Source: an uncultured Alphaproteobacteria bacterium (GTDB lineage Bacteria > Pseudomonadota > Alphaproteobacteria > UBA7985). Taken from it: a stretch of DNA of 64,000 nucleotides. Of the stretch, positions 17,077 to 26,231 are shown piece by piece. The notes under the pieces are model-generated. The model was not told where the DNA came from. It worked only from the letters and a program-made list of their open reading frames with translations, and searched no databases. The stretch covers positions 9,082 to 73,081 of the forward strand of contig CAJQLX010000014.1 of assembly GCA_905479265.1 (NCBI GenBank), written 5' to 3'. Position numbers and translations under genes: made by a program. Every line of letters starts with the position of its first letter. Positions within the stretch are counted from its first letter, which is position 1.

Positions 17077-18024
17077 TCATCCGGCGCTCATGACGTGCAG
17101 GTAATGATCCAAGACAGCCGGTCCGTCCGCGCTCAAGCACACCTCAACCCGCGCCCGATTATCCCAGCCGTCCTGCGCCGTAAACCGCGTGTTAGGCTTT
17201 GCGATCGTTTTCCCCGCCGCAAAGCCTTGCGTCACCACACGAACCGAAGAGGCTTGGGCGGAAAAAAATTGGGGTCGCACGCAATAGATCAGCGCGCTCG
17301 GGTCGTGGAAGTGGCAGAAATCCAAGCCAACGACGTCCTGATGAAAGGCGAAATATTGCGCTGACGCCTGCTGCAAAAACGCGCCCAAATCGCCCCCTTT
17401 TTCAGCCAAAACAGCAACGCGCTCGCGGGTCAGTTTGACGTCGTGGGTCGCGTCCAAACCCAGCATGGCGACCTCCCAATCTGCGGCAAAGACGATCTCC
17501 GCCGCCTCGGGATCATCAATAATATTGGCCTCAGCCGCGGGTGTGACGTTGCCGTTGGCGTTGGCCGCACCGCCCATCAGCACCACGCGCTTGATCAGCT
17601 TGGGCAAATCGGGCTCTTTTTGCAGCGCCAGAGCGATGTTTGTCAGAGGGCCAATGGGCACCAAGGTGACGTCACCGGGGTTGGCACGTGCGGCTTGAAT
17701 GATGAAATCAACCGCATGCTCCTCCACCACCGAGCCGCTAACGGTTGCCGGAGAAACGCCGCCCATGCCGTCCTCGCCGTGGACCATCGCTGGATAGGGG
17801 CGGCACTCAATCTCCAATGGCCCTTCCGCGCCGCGCGCGACCGGACAGGCAACACCGGCCCGCTCAACCAGCGCCAGCGCGTTGTGCGTGGTTTGCGCGA
17901 TTGGGGCGTTTCCGTAGACGGTGGTAAGGCCCAAAACCTCAATTTCTGATGACCGCAGGGCGTAAAAAATGGCAAAGGCGTCGTCGATACCGGGGTCCGT
18001 GTCGATGATGATCTTTTCTGTCAC
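17077..18024 (-). CDS. nucleoside hydrolase (inosine/uridine-preferring family)
   Basis: IIIDTDPGIDDAFAI aspartate cluster. The likely start is GTG 18024, preceded by AAGGGAG. The track ORF extends to 18090. Confidence 0.85.
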   Translation of the reverse strand: MTEKIIIDTDPGIDDAFAIFYALRSSEIEVLGLTTVYGNAPIAQTTHNALALVERAGVACPVARGAEGPLEIECRPYPAMVHGEDGMGGVSPATVSGSVVEEHAVDFIIQAARANPGDVTLVPIGPLTNIALALQKEPDLPKLIKRVVLMGGAANANGNVTPAAEANIIDDPEAAEIVFAADWEVAMLGLDATHDVKLTRERVAVLAEKGGDLGAFLQQASAQYFAFHQDVVGLDFCHFHDPSALIYCVRPQFFSAQASSVRVVTQGFAAGKTIAKPNTRFTAQDGWDNRARVEVCLSADGPAVLDHYLHVMSAG

Positions 18025-18104
18025 AGGTCGCTTGCTCCCTTTACTTGCTGAACGGGACCGTGGCACAGCAGAAGACAAGTTTAAACCCAAGGGAAACTGA
18101 AACT

Positions 18105-19082
18105 ATGGCCGCCCAACCGCGTGTTTTGCTGACAACCCCCTGGCCCACACGCGCCGTCGAAGCGATGCGCGAACACTTCGAGGTGGATATCCACGACGGC
18201 CCCCTGCCTATGCCGGAAGCCAAGTGGCTGGACGCTGTGCAGGAATACGACGCCATTGCGCCGACAGTCATCGACCAAATCCCAGCAGCGGCCTATCACG
18301 GTGCGCAAAACCGGACCAAGATTCTTGGCAACTTTGGTGTCGGCTACAACCACATCGATATGGCCGCTGCGAACGCAGGCGGCGTGGTCGTCAGCAATAC
18401 GCCCGGCGTTCTGACCGATGCAACGGCGGATCAGGCTGTGGGCCTTATGCTGGCGGTTGCACGCGGGATTTCGCTGGGTGATTGGAAGATTCGTGCGGGG
18501 CAATGGAAAGGGTGGAATCCAACCGACAGCCTTGGCACCCATGTTACCGGTGCGACGCTGGGCATCATCGGTTTTGGGCGTATTGGTCAGGCGATGGCCA
18601 AGCGCTGTCACTTTGGTTTTGATATGCCTGTGGTCTTTCACAATCGATCCAAAATTGACCCGGCACTAGCCCAAGCGCTGGGGGCCAAGCAGCTGGACTC
18701 GATGGACGACGTGCTCAGCGCGGCTGATTTCGTTTCGCTGCATTGTCCCGGTGGCGGCGGCAACCGGCATTTGATGAACGCGGACCGGTTCAAGGCGATG
18801 AAGCCATCGGCTTTTCTGATCAACACAGCACGGGGTGATATTGTGGACGAGGCTGCCTTGGTCCACGCGCTCAAATCAGGCGAACTGGCCGGGGCGGGGC
18901 TGGACGTCTTTGAAGACGAGCCGCGGGTGCATCCTGAACTGCCCAAGCTGCTCAACTGCGTGCTAAACCCGCACCTAGGCTCAGCGACGGAATCCACGCG
19001 GACGGATATGGGGTTGATGGTCTTCAGAAACCTGCTTGCCTTCTTTAACGGACAGCCGCTACCCAACGCTGTGACCCAATGA
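18105..19082 (+). CDS. D-isomer-specific 2-hydroxyacid dehydrogenase (glyoxylate/hydroxypyruvate reductase-like)
   Basis: GIIGFGRIGQAMA NAD fold and a typical C-terminal catalytic domain. Start at MAAQPRVLLT (ATG 18105) after AAGGGAA. Confidence 0.85.
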   Translation: MAAQPRVLLTTPWPTRAVEAMREHFEVDIHDGPLPMPEAKWLDAVQEYDAIAPTVIDQIPAAAYHGAQNRTKILGNFGVGYNHIDMAAANAGGVVVSNTPGVLTDATADQAVGLMLAVARGISLGDWKIRAGQWKGWNPTDSLGTHVTGATLGIIGFGRIGQAMAKRCHFGFDMPVVFHNRSKIDPALAQALGAKQLDSMDDVLSAADFVSLHCPGGGGNRHLMNADRFKAMKPSAFLINTARGDIVDEAALVHALKSGELAGAGLDVFEDEPRVHPELPKLLNCVLNPHLGSATESTRTDMGLMVFRNLLAFFNGQPLPNAVTQ

Positions 19083-19089
19083 GGCGTCG

Positions 19090-19686
19090 ATGAGCACGAT
19101 GGAGGCAAAACCCACAAAGCGGCGGCCCGCGCTGTCGCCTGAACAGTGGTTTGAAGCCGCCCAAGAGATCCTTGTGTCCGAAGGGATGGAGGCGATCCGG
19201 ATTGATCGACTGTGTCAGACTTTGGATGTGACCAAAGGCAGCTTCTATTGGCATTTCACCAACAGAGCGGCGTTCCTTGCGGCTTTTCTCCACCATTGGC
19301 GCGACGGTGCGACCCTGTCTGTCATCGAGAATCTCAGTGGCCAAGGGCTGGATGCTGGAACGCGTCTGCAAACACTGCTGACCTTGCCCCAGCGCCCGCG
19401 CGCGCCGGCAGCTGCGTTGGTTGAGCAATCCATCCGGTCGTGGGCGCGGCAGGATCAGCAGGCTCAAGACGCGTTGAATGACGTGGATCAGATCCGGCAG
19501 TCTTTTATCCAACACATGCTTGAAGAACTGGGCTTTGCCCCGGCGGAAGCAATCGAGCGGGCGCGGATGGCCTATGCCTTCATGCTCGGTGACGCCATCC
19601 TGTCACGCGGTGAGACTGACACGGTCGAGCGCCCCATGCAGGACGCCTTACTCGCCTTGTTCACGCGACCGCTTCAGCCCAAATAG
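19090..19686 (+). CDS. TetR/AcrR family transcriptional regulator
   Basis: N-terminal HTH (IRIDRLCQTLDVTKGSFYWHF) with a variable C-terminal domain. Confidence 0.85.
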   Translation: MSTMEAKPTKRRPALSPEQWFEAAQEILVSEGMEAIRIDRLCQTLDVTKGSFYWHFTNRAAFLAAFLHHWRDGATLSVIENLSGQGLDAGTRLQTLLTLPQRPRAPAAALVEQSIRSWARQDQQAQDALNDVDQIRQSFIQHMLEELGFAPAEAIERARMAYAFMLGDAILSRGETDTVERPMQDALLALFTRPLQPK

Positions 19687-20627
19687 CGCGAGCCGCTTTT
19701 CTGGCTTTCCACGGCTTTGGCATAGCCGGCTTTTAATGCATTGATGATGTCAGCAACGGTTTCAGGCGCCTGCACCTGCCCCACACCCTGCCCAGCGCTC
19801 CACACCGTTTTCCAAGCCTTTGAACCGGCATGCATATCGCCGGAAAAGTCGATTTTGGCGTTGGATTGCATGTCGTCCAGCGACAACCCCGCAGCATTCA
19901 CCGAGGCCTTCATCCACAATCCCAGCGCCCCGGTAATGGCGCGAGAGGCAATCAAGTCTTCCATGACGCTGCGCCGCACCATTTCACGGTAAGGGTCAGA
20001 GATGAGCGTTTCCTGTGCTGCGAGGAAGCGGGTGCCAAGGTAGGCAAAATCAGCCCCCATGCTCTCAACCGCGCGCACAGCCTGTCCGGTCCCGATGCCA
20101 CCACCGACAATCAAGGGGCCATCAAAGAACTGTCGAACTTCCTCGATAAACGGCAGCATGGCGTATTCGCCCGTATGCCCACCGGCCCCAGCGCATACCA
20201 AAACCAACCCATCAGCCCCTTTGTCGATGGCTTTTCGGGCAAAGCTGGGGGAGTTGACGTCGGCAAAGACCAAACCGCCGTAAGCGTGGACCTGTGCGGT
20301 TACTCGGTGCGGGCCACCCAAGGCCGTGATGACCAAACCGGGTTGGTATTCCTCGACCAAGGCGAGTTCTTCGTCAAACCGGCCGTAGCTGCTGTGCGCA
20401 ATCATATTGAACGCCCAGGGTGCGTCGCGCTCGGTTAGGCTTGCATTGATCTGCTCAAACCACTGCCGCAGGTCTTCGATTGTGCGGGCGTTGGTGCCGG
20501 GAAAGGAGCCCATAACGCCGTTCTTGCACGCAGAAATCACCATCTCGGTGCCAGATACCAGAAACATGGGCGCGGCAATGGCGGGCAGCGCCATGCGTTC
20601 TTTCAGCGCGTCGATCGTTGTGTTCAC
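19674..20627 (-). CDS. nitronate monooxygenase (NMO / 2-nitropropane dioxygenase) family protein
   Basis: TIM-barrel FMN enzyme pattern (IAAPMFLVSG, GAGGHTG, GGGIGTG). Confidence 0.8.
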   Translation of the reverse strand: MNTTIDALKERMALPAIAAPMFLVSGTEMVISACKNGVMGSFPGTNARTIEDLRQWFEQINASLTERDAPWAFNMIAHSSYGRFDEELALVEEYQPGLVITALGGPHRVTAQVHAYGGLVFADVNSPSFARKAIDKGADGLVLVCAGAGGHTGEYAMLPFIEEVRQFFDGPLIVGGGIGTGQAVRAVESMGADFAYLGTRFLAAQETLISDPYREMVRRSVMEDLIASRAITGALGLWMKASVNAAGLSLDDMQSNAKIDFSGDMHAGSKAWKTVWSAGQGVGQVQAPETVADIINALKAGYAKAVESQKSGSRYLG

Positions 20628-20669
20628 CTGTTTGCTTTCCTGCTTGGTTTGCTGCTTGGTTTTTTGGGC

Positions 20670-22184
20670 CTAAGCCCCGAATGTCTGTTGAGCCTGCGCC
20701 CGCAAGGCAAGGCGGTCGAGCTTGCCGTTTGCGGTCAGCGGCAAGGCCGCTTCCACCACGATGTGAGCCGGAACCTTATAGGCGGCGAGGTGTGCTTCGG
20801 CATGGGCCTTAAACGCCGCTTCATCAACCGCTTCATTGGCCATAACAAAAGCGACCACAGCTTCACCAGCGCGTTCATCGGCAAGGCCAACCACGCAGGC
20901 TTGTTGCGCGCCGGGAACGGTCAGCAACGCCTCCTCCACCTCACGCGGGAAGACGTTGAAGCCCTTGTGAAAAATGACGTCCTTCTTGCGGTCGGTGATG
21001 ATGAGGAACCCGTCTTCATCCAGCATACCAATATCACCGGTGTAGACGAAACCATGACGCAGCGTGGCTGCTGTTTCTTCAGCGTTACCTTCGTAATGCT
21101 TCATCATGTGCGGGCCGTTGATGAGAATTTCACCCTTTTCACCCGCAGTGAGCCGCTGTTCCCCGGTCTCTAGGTCAGCAATCGCGACACCATTCCCCGG
21201 ACAGGGCATGCCTGCCGAACCAAAGCGCAGTCCGGCATGGGCCGTGTTGATCGAAATGGGCGCCATCTCGGTCATGCCGTAGCCTTCTGCGATCGTGAGC
21301 CCGGTCGCCGCTTGCCATTGCTGGTGCAGCGCCATCGGGAACGGCGCGCCGCCGCCGGGACAGACGCGCAGATGGGACAGGTCCGCGCTTTGGAAGTTCG
21401 GCGCGGCCAGAACGGCCTGATAAATCGCTGGTGGACCACCACCAAAAACAGTGACTCGATGCTCGGTCAGCATATCGACGACCAGCGCCGGCTGAAACTG
21501 CGGGGGTATGACAAGCGTTCCACCCCGCAGCAGCGGGTTGGTAACGCCCATGAGATAGCCGTAGATGTGCGTAAACGGAGCCACGGGCAGCCAAACGTCA
21601 CCGTCGCGGGTCGGCCAGCCCCACTCGATGCGATCCATCGCGGCGGTCATGGCCGTGTGTGAGTGGTTCAAGCGCTTCGGCAGGCCCGTTGTGCCGCCCG
21701 TAAACATCACGGCACAAACATCATCGCCCCGAACCGCAACGTCCTCTCGCGCTGGACCCGGCACAGCGGTTTGCGCCATGGCGAGAACGTCCGCGTCGCT
21801 GAGGTTCAGGACGTCAACGCCCTCGACCTGCTGATTGGTAATCGCAAGCGCTGGCGCGAGGTCTGTGACCAACTTCTGGACCCCAGCCAGTGGCGTGTTG
21901 ATGTTGATCAGCGCAGGGCGCGCTTGAGCGTGCAACAGGGCGTAATAGCCAGCGAGAAAAGCGAGGCCATTGGGCAAAAACAGGCCTACGTCCCGCCCCA
22001 TGACCTGCGCCCGCAGCCGCTCGCCCAACTGCGCAACCACGCCATAAAAGGCTTGATAGGTGATGTCACCGGCTTCACAGCGGACAAAGATGCGATCCGG
22101 ATGCTGGTGCGCTGTGCGCGCCAAACCGTGCATGAGGGTGGTATCTGAGATTTCCCAATCACTTTCGACCACGTTTGAACCCAC
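20670..22184 (-). CDS. AMP-dependent acyl-CoA synthetase/ligase
   Basis: MFTGGTTGLPKR AMP-binding motif plus GYGMTE and DRKKD motifs. Confidence 0.85.
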   Translation of the reverse strand: MGSNVVESDWEISDTTLMHGLARTAHQHPDRIFVRCEAGDITYQAFYGVVAQLGERLRAQVMGRDVGLFLPNGLAFLAGYYALLHAQARPALININTPLAGVQKLVTDLAPALAITNQQVEGVDVLNLSDADVLAMAQTAVPGPAREDVAVRGDDVCAVMFTGGTTGLPKRLNHSHTAMTAAMDRIEWGWPTRDGDVWLPVAPFTHIYGYLMGVTNPLLRGGTLVIPPQFQPALVVDMLTEHRVTVFGGGPPAIYQAVLAAPNFQSADLSHLRVCPGGGAPFPMALHQQWQAATGLTIAEGYGMTEMAPISINTAHAGLRFGSAGMPCPGNGVAIADLETGEQRLTAGEKGEILINGPHMMKHYEGNAEETAATLRHGFVYTGDIGMLDEDGFLIITDRKKDVIFHKGFNVFPREVEEALLTVPGAQQACVVGLADERAGEAVVAFVMANEAVDEAAFKAHAEAHLAAYKVPAHIVVEAALPLTANGKLDRLALRAQAQQTFGA

Positions 22185-22272
22185 CGAACTCTCCTACAAA
22201 CTTCGCTTCGTGTCTGGACAACATACCACATGGTATGGATAACTTGGTCCACAAATGTTGGAGGAGATAACC

Positions 22273-23439
22273 ATGAAAATCAGCGCAGAGGAACGAGATA
22301 TCATCCAGCGCATCCTGACGCATCACGCGCAGGGTACGACCGACATGACTCCGCAAATGATGAATAACCCCGTGGAGAACTACGCCTCGGACGCGGTGTT
22401 GGAGCAAGAGCGCACGACGCTGTTTCGGGAATTCCCCCTGATCCTTGGCCACAGCTCTGAGCTGCCAGACGCTGGATCGTTCATGACCAACAACGATACC
22501 GGCATGCCTTTGCTGATCACCCGCAATGGCGAAGGTGAGGTTCAGGCGTTCTTGAACGTATGTCGGCATCGCGGGGCGCGGGTTGAAGATCGACCGTGCG
22601 GCAAGGCGAGAGCCTTTTCCTGCCCCTATCACTCGTGGACCTACGACCTCAACGGCAAGCTACGAGGGTTGCCCGGTGCGGAAGGCTTTGAAGGGCTGAA
22701 CAAAGACGACCACGGCCTCGTTCCCGTTCCTGCCTTTGAGCGCTTTGGCATGATTTGGGTGCGCCCAACGCCCAGTGAGCAGCCCATCGACATCGATGCG
22801 TGGCTGCAACCTTTGGCCGAGCAACTCGACGGCTTGGATCTGGGTTCTCATTTCGTGTTCGAAAGCTGGAAACTGGATCGGGAGATGAGCTGGCGTTTGG
22901 CGTTGGAGGGCTTCCAGGAATCCTATCACTTCTGCCACGCCCACCGTGAAACGGCGTGCTCGAACTATCTCGACAACCAATCTGTCTTCATCCAGCACTA
23001 CCCCCACGTTCGCCATTCGGTTCCCCTGCCCCACGTGGTCGAGCTGGCCGACAAGGCACCGGAAGACTGGGAATACCGATCAAACTTTATGACCCAAAAC
23101 TACCTGTTCCCGGCTAACTTTGTGCAGGTGATGACGGACCACGTCTATGTCCACACCATCATTCCAACCGGTCCGGGGACGTGTATTTTCAAATGCCAGA
23201 TGCTGATTGCTGAAGCGCCAAAGGATGAAAAGACCGAACGGTATTTCCGCCGCAACTATGAGGTGGTGCGGTCGGTCTTTAACGAAGACTTTGAGATCGG
23301 CGAAAACATCCAGCGCGGGCTGAATTCAGGGGCCAACGTGAATTTCGTCTTTGGCAAGAACGAGTGCGCGCTGCACTACGGCCAAACCGCCATTACAGAC
23401 GCAATCGAAGGCCGCCTAAGCGTCCCACTAGCCCCTTAA
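22273..23439 (+). CDS. Rieske [2Fe-2S] oxygenase alpha subunit (paralogue of 8137..9291)
   Basis: CRHRGARV...CPYHSWTY and ESYHFCHAH motifs. GGAGGAG SD before ATG 22273. Confidence 0.85.
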   Translation: MKISAEERDIIQRILTHHAQGTTDMTPQMMNNPVENYASDAVLEQERTTLFREFPLILGHSSELPDAGSFMTNNDTGMPLLITRNGEGEVQAFLNVCRHRGARVEDRPCGKARAFSCPYHSWTYDLNGKLRGLPGAEGFEGLNKDDHGLVPVPAFERFGMIWVRPTPSEQPIDIDAWLQPLAEQLDGLDLGSHFVFESWKLDREMSWRLALEGFQESYHFCHAHRETACSNYLDNQSVFIQHYPHVRHSVPLPHVVELADKAPEDWEYRSNFMTQNYLFPANFVQVMTDHVYVHTIIPTGPGTCIFKCQMLIAEAPKDEKTERYFRRNYEVVRSVFNEDFEIGENIQRGLNSGANVNFVFGKNECALHYGQTAITDAIEGRLSVPLAP

Positions 23440-23636
23440 CTCGCTGATAAATAATCAGAATAAGCGCATCTCTCCACGGGGAATGCGCGCTGATTTGGCT
23501 ATAAGCCTAGAGCGCAGATATCTGCTCTTTGGAACGCTTTGCTCTGGCCGAGTTCCAAACTCCTGCGACTGTGCATACAGATCAAAACCCAAGCGATGAA
23601 AACAAACCTCCTCGCCCCCAAAGAAATCGAGTCGCT

Positions 23637-23669
23637 TAGGATCCCAAAATAACACATTTTGGGATCCTA
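23637..23669. promoter_or_regulatory. perfect 14-bp inverted repeat with a 5-bp spacer (candidate operator)
   Basis: TAGGATCCCAAAAT-AACAC-ATTTTGGGATCCTA, read directly from the sequence. Confidence 0.6.
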
Positions 23670-23700
23670 AAATAAATAAACATCGGTCAATTTGATGATC

Positions 23701-23793
23701 TTTTGGGAGTTATACCTTGATTTGGGATCCTGCACATGCCTGTATAGGCAACTTCAGGCATTTCAGCGCCTGAAATGGGTGTTTTTGGGATCC
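23701..23793 (+). repeat. further direct copies of the TTTGGGATCC half-site upstream of dctP
   Basis: TTTTGGGAG (23701-23709, degenerate), TTTGGGATCC (23721-23730) and TTTTGGGATCC (23783-23793). A separate 8-bp inverted repeat, CATTTCAG-CGC-CTGAAATG, lies at 23759-23777. Confidence 0.6.
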
Positions 23794-23838
23794 AAAACGC
23801 CTGTGTCATCCAGTGCTGAATTTTGAGGAGGAAACAAA

Positions 23839-24846
23839 ATGTTCAGTCAACTGCGGGCCACGTGCGTGGCAGCTGGAGTTCTCGTGCTTTCAACACACAC
23901 CGTGACTCAGGCCGAGGAGCTCAGTGTCGCGACCTTTGTTCCGCCGAACCACGAAACAAACGAAGTCATGTTCAAATGGTTTGGCGAAGAAATTGAGAAG
24001 CGCTCTGGTGGATCGCTGACCATGAAGTTGTATCCAGCTGGTCAGCTTGGTGCAGGCCCAACTCAGCAATATAAGCGCGCTGTCGAAGGCGTAGGTGACA
24101 TCACCTTAGGCGTTGCTGCTTACACCCCCACCCTGTTCCCGAAAACCATGCTGGCAATCCTTCCTGGCCGGGCCAACACCGCCGCGGAATCAACCGACCG
24201 TATTTGGCGCGTGTTCGATGAGTACATGGCCGATGAATGGTCGGAGGTCAAAGTTCTGGCCATTGGTAGCGTTGCTGGCAGCATCTTTGTCGGAAACCGC
24301 GATATTTCCACGATGGAAGGCCTGAAAGGCGCAAAGCTTGTTCCTTTTGCCCCATCAACGTCTCCGGTAATCGAAGCGCTTGGCGCCGTTCCGGTGATGA
24401 TGGAAATTACGGACATGTACACGGCACTGGACACCGGTACGGTTGATGTTCTCACAACCTCCTTCAACAGCCTGATGCCGCCTTGGAACCTTGAAGACGT
24501 TGCGACGCACGTTGCTGAGAACGTTCCTGCGAGCTTTCAAGTGCTGTTCGTCGCAATGAATAAGGAACGCTACGAAGGCCTTTCTGATGAGCACCGCGCA
24601 ATCATTGACGAGGTGGCTGGCCTGCCGATGTCGCAAATGATGGCCAAGTCCTTTGATAGTGCCGACGAAATCTTCCTGAACATGAAAGACGGCGCAGACC
24701 TCAAGTACGAGTGGAAAGTCGTCAGCGATGCAGAACGGGCCAAGATGGATGCTGCAGTTCGGCTGGGCATGGAAGAAGTCTACGCTGATTACGCTGCGCG
24801 CGGCGTGAGCAATGCCAAGGAAATCTACGAGGCTATGAACGACTAG
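23839..24846 (+). CDS. dctP: TRAP transporter substrate-binding protein (DctP family)
   Basis: Signal peptide, DctP-like sequence and a GAGGAGG SD. Confidence 0.85.
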   Translation: MFSQLRATCVAAGVLVLSTHTVTQAEELSVATFVPPNHETNEVMFKWFGEEIEKRSGGSLTMKLYPAGQLGAGPTQQYKRAVEGVGDITLGVAAYTPTLFPKTMLAILPGRANTAAESTDRIWRVFDEYMADEWSEVKVLAIGSVAGSIFVGNRDISTMEGLKGAKLVPFAPSTSPVIEALGAVPVMMEITDMYTALDTGTVDVLTTSFNSLMPPWNLEDVATHVAENVPASFQVLFVAMNKERYEGLSDEHRAIIDEVAGLPMSQMMAKSFDSADEIFLNMKDGADLKYEWKVVSDAERAKMDAAVRLGMEEVYADYAARGVSNAKEIYEAMND

Positions 24847-24915
24847 TCTGTCTCGTTTGAATTGATGCGCGCGGTGCGACAGTCGCCGCGCGCTACACTC
24901 TCGAAAGCCAAAAAA

Positions 24916-25677
24916 ATGGTCGTTGTGATCCCCACCAATAAAAGTGTTGAATCTTTCGAAGGACTGCACCTCTACCACGGTGCTATTTCAAACTGCTCGA
25001 TGCGCGTGCGCATGACCTTGATCGAGAAGGGGTTGGATTGGACCTCGCATCACCTCGATCTGAAGAAAAAAGAGAACATCACCAAAGAGTACTTTGGGAT
25101 CAACCCCAACGGTCTGGTTCCAACATTGGTCGATAACGGCGCCGTGCATATTGAGTCTAACGATATCATTGACTACCTCGACGAAACCTACCCCGAACCC
25201 TCTCTGCGCGCCCAAGATAACGCGGCAATGATGGAGTGGCTGGCCTTGGCCGCCGCGATTCACGTCCCTGCGATCAAACCCTACGTCTACGCTAATAAAG
25301 TGGCTGTAAAGCTGAAGAAAACCAGCGAGGAACAGTCTCGCTATGACGCGCTGCAGAAGAACCAAGAGCTCAAAGACTTTCACGATAAGCACAAAGGCAG
25401 CAGTACCTTTTCCGACGCGGATATTACCCGGGCCGAAACCATCCTGCGGGAAGGCTTTGACAAGCTCGAGCAGGCGCTGACGGGCCAAACGTGGATCATG
25501 GGCGAGCAATACACGCTGGCCGATATATCGTGGATCCCCATCCACTTCGTTCTGGTGGGCTGCGGCTATCCGTTTGACGGGTACCCGAATATTCGCCGCT
25601 GGGCCGACAACTTCCGCACCAAGCCGAGCTTTCAGGATGGTGTTCTGAAGTGGTGCCCTGACTTTTCGCTGGTTTAA
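24916..25677 (+). CDS. glutathione S-transferase family protein
   Basis: GST N-terminal thioredoxin-like fold (LHLYHGAISNCSMRVRMTLIEKGLDW, NPNGLVPTL, ESNDIIDYL) plus a helical C-terminal domain. Start at MVVVIPT. Confidence 0.8.
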   Translation: MVVVIPTNKSVESFEGLHLYHGAISNCSMRVRMTLIEKGLDWTSHHLDLKKKENITKEYFGINPNGLVPTLVDNGAVHIESNDIIDYLDETYPEPSLRAQDNAAMMEWLALAAAIHVPAIKPYVYANKVAVKLKKTSEEQSRYDALQKNQELKDFHDKHKGSSTFSDADITRAETILREGFDKLEQALTGQTWIMGEQYTLADISWIPIHFVLVGCGYPFDGYPNIRRWADNFRTKPSFQDGVLKWCPDFSLV

Positions 25678-25691
25678 GGACAAGAATAACA

Positions 25692-26231
25692 ATGGCTGAA
25701 CCCGCTGCCACCCCCCGGATCCTAAGCTGGGTCGATCGATTTCTCATCTGGACCTCACTGAGCTTGGGCGGTGTTACGCTCGCAGGGATGACCGTTCTGT
25801 CAGTTTGGAACGTTCTGATCATGCGCAAGGCGTTCAACAACCCGATCCAAGGCGCCGAAGACGTCCTGATCGTCATGCTGGTCTCAATTGTGGCTTTGGC
25901 CATTCCACTGGGCGCCCGAACCGGCTCGCACATCGAAATTGAGGTTCTAGAATCACGGATGTCGCGCGCCTTTGCCAAGTGGTCCTATCTGCTGACAAAG
26001 GTGCTGAGTGTGGCCGTGCTGCTGATCATGACGTGGCGGCTTTGGCACGCCGGGCAAGGCGCCGTGCGTTTTGGCGAGACCACGCAGCAACTGATGATCT
26101 CCTACGAACCCTTTTATTACCTCATGGCTGTTTCAGTCTTCCTCTACGCCGTCGTTCTGATCATCGAAATCGGGCAGTTGGTGCAGGGCAAGGCCGTAAT
26201 GCGGCTACGGACAGAGAGCCAGACACTATGA
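25692..26231 (+). CDS. dctQ: TRAP transporter small permease (DctQ family)
   Basis: About 4 TM helices, located between the GST gene and dctM. Confidence 0.8.
   Translation: MAEPAATPRILSWVDRFLIWTSLSLGGVTLAGMTVLSVWNVLIMRKAFNNPIQGAEDVLIVMLVSIVALAIPLGARTGSHIEIEVLESRMSRAFAKWSYLLTKVLSVAVLLIMTWRLWHAGQGAVRFGETTQQLMISYEPFYYLMAVSVFLYAVVLIIEIGQLVQGKAVMRLRTESQTL

Noticed and set aside
23455-23655. 66-aa minus-strand ORF (GTG start; LFWDPKRLDFFGGEEVCFHRLGFDLY...) in the Rieske-dctP spacer, considered as a small gene or a mobile-element remnant.
   Set aside because: It has no SD and no recognisable family, and its start lies inside the palindromic TTTGGGATCC operator-like repeat. It cannot be supported as coding from sequence alone.
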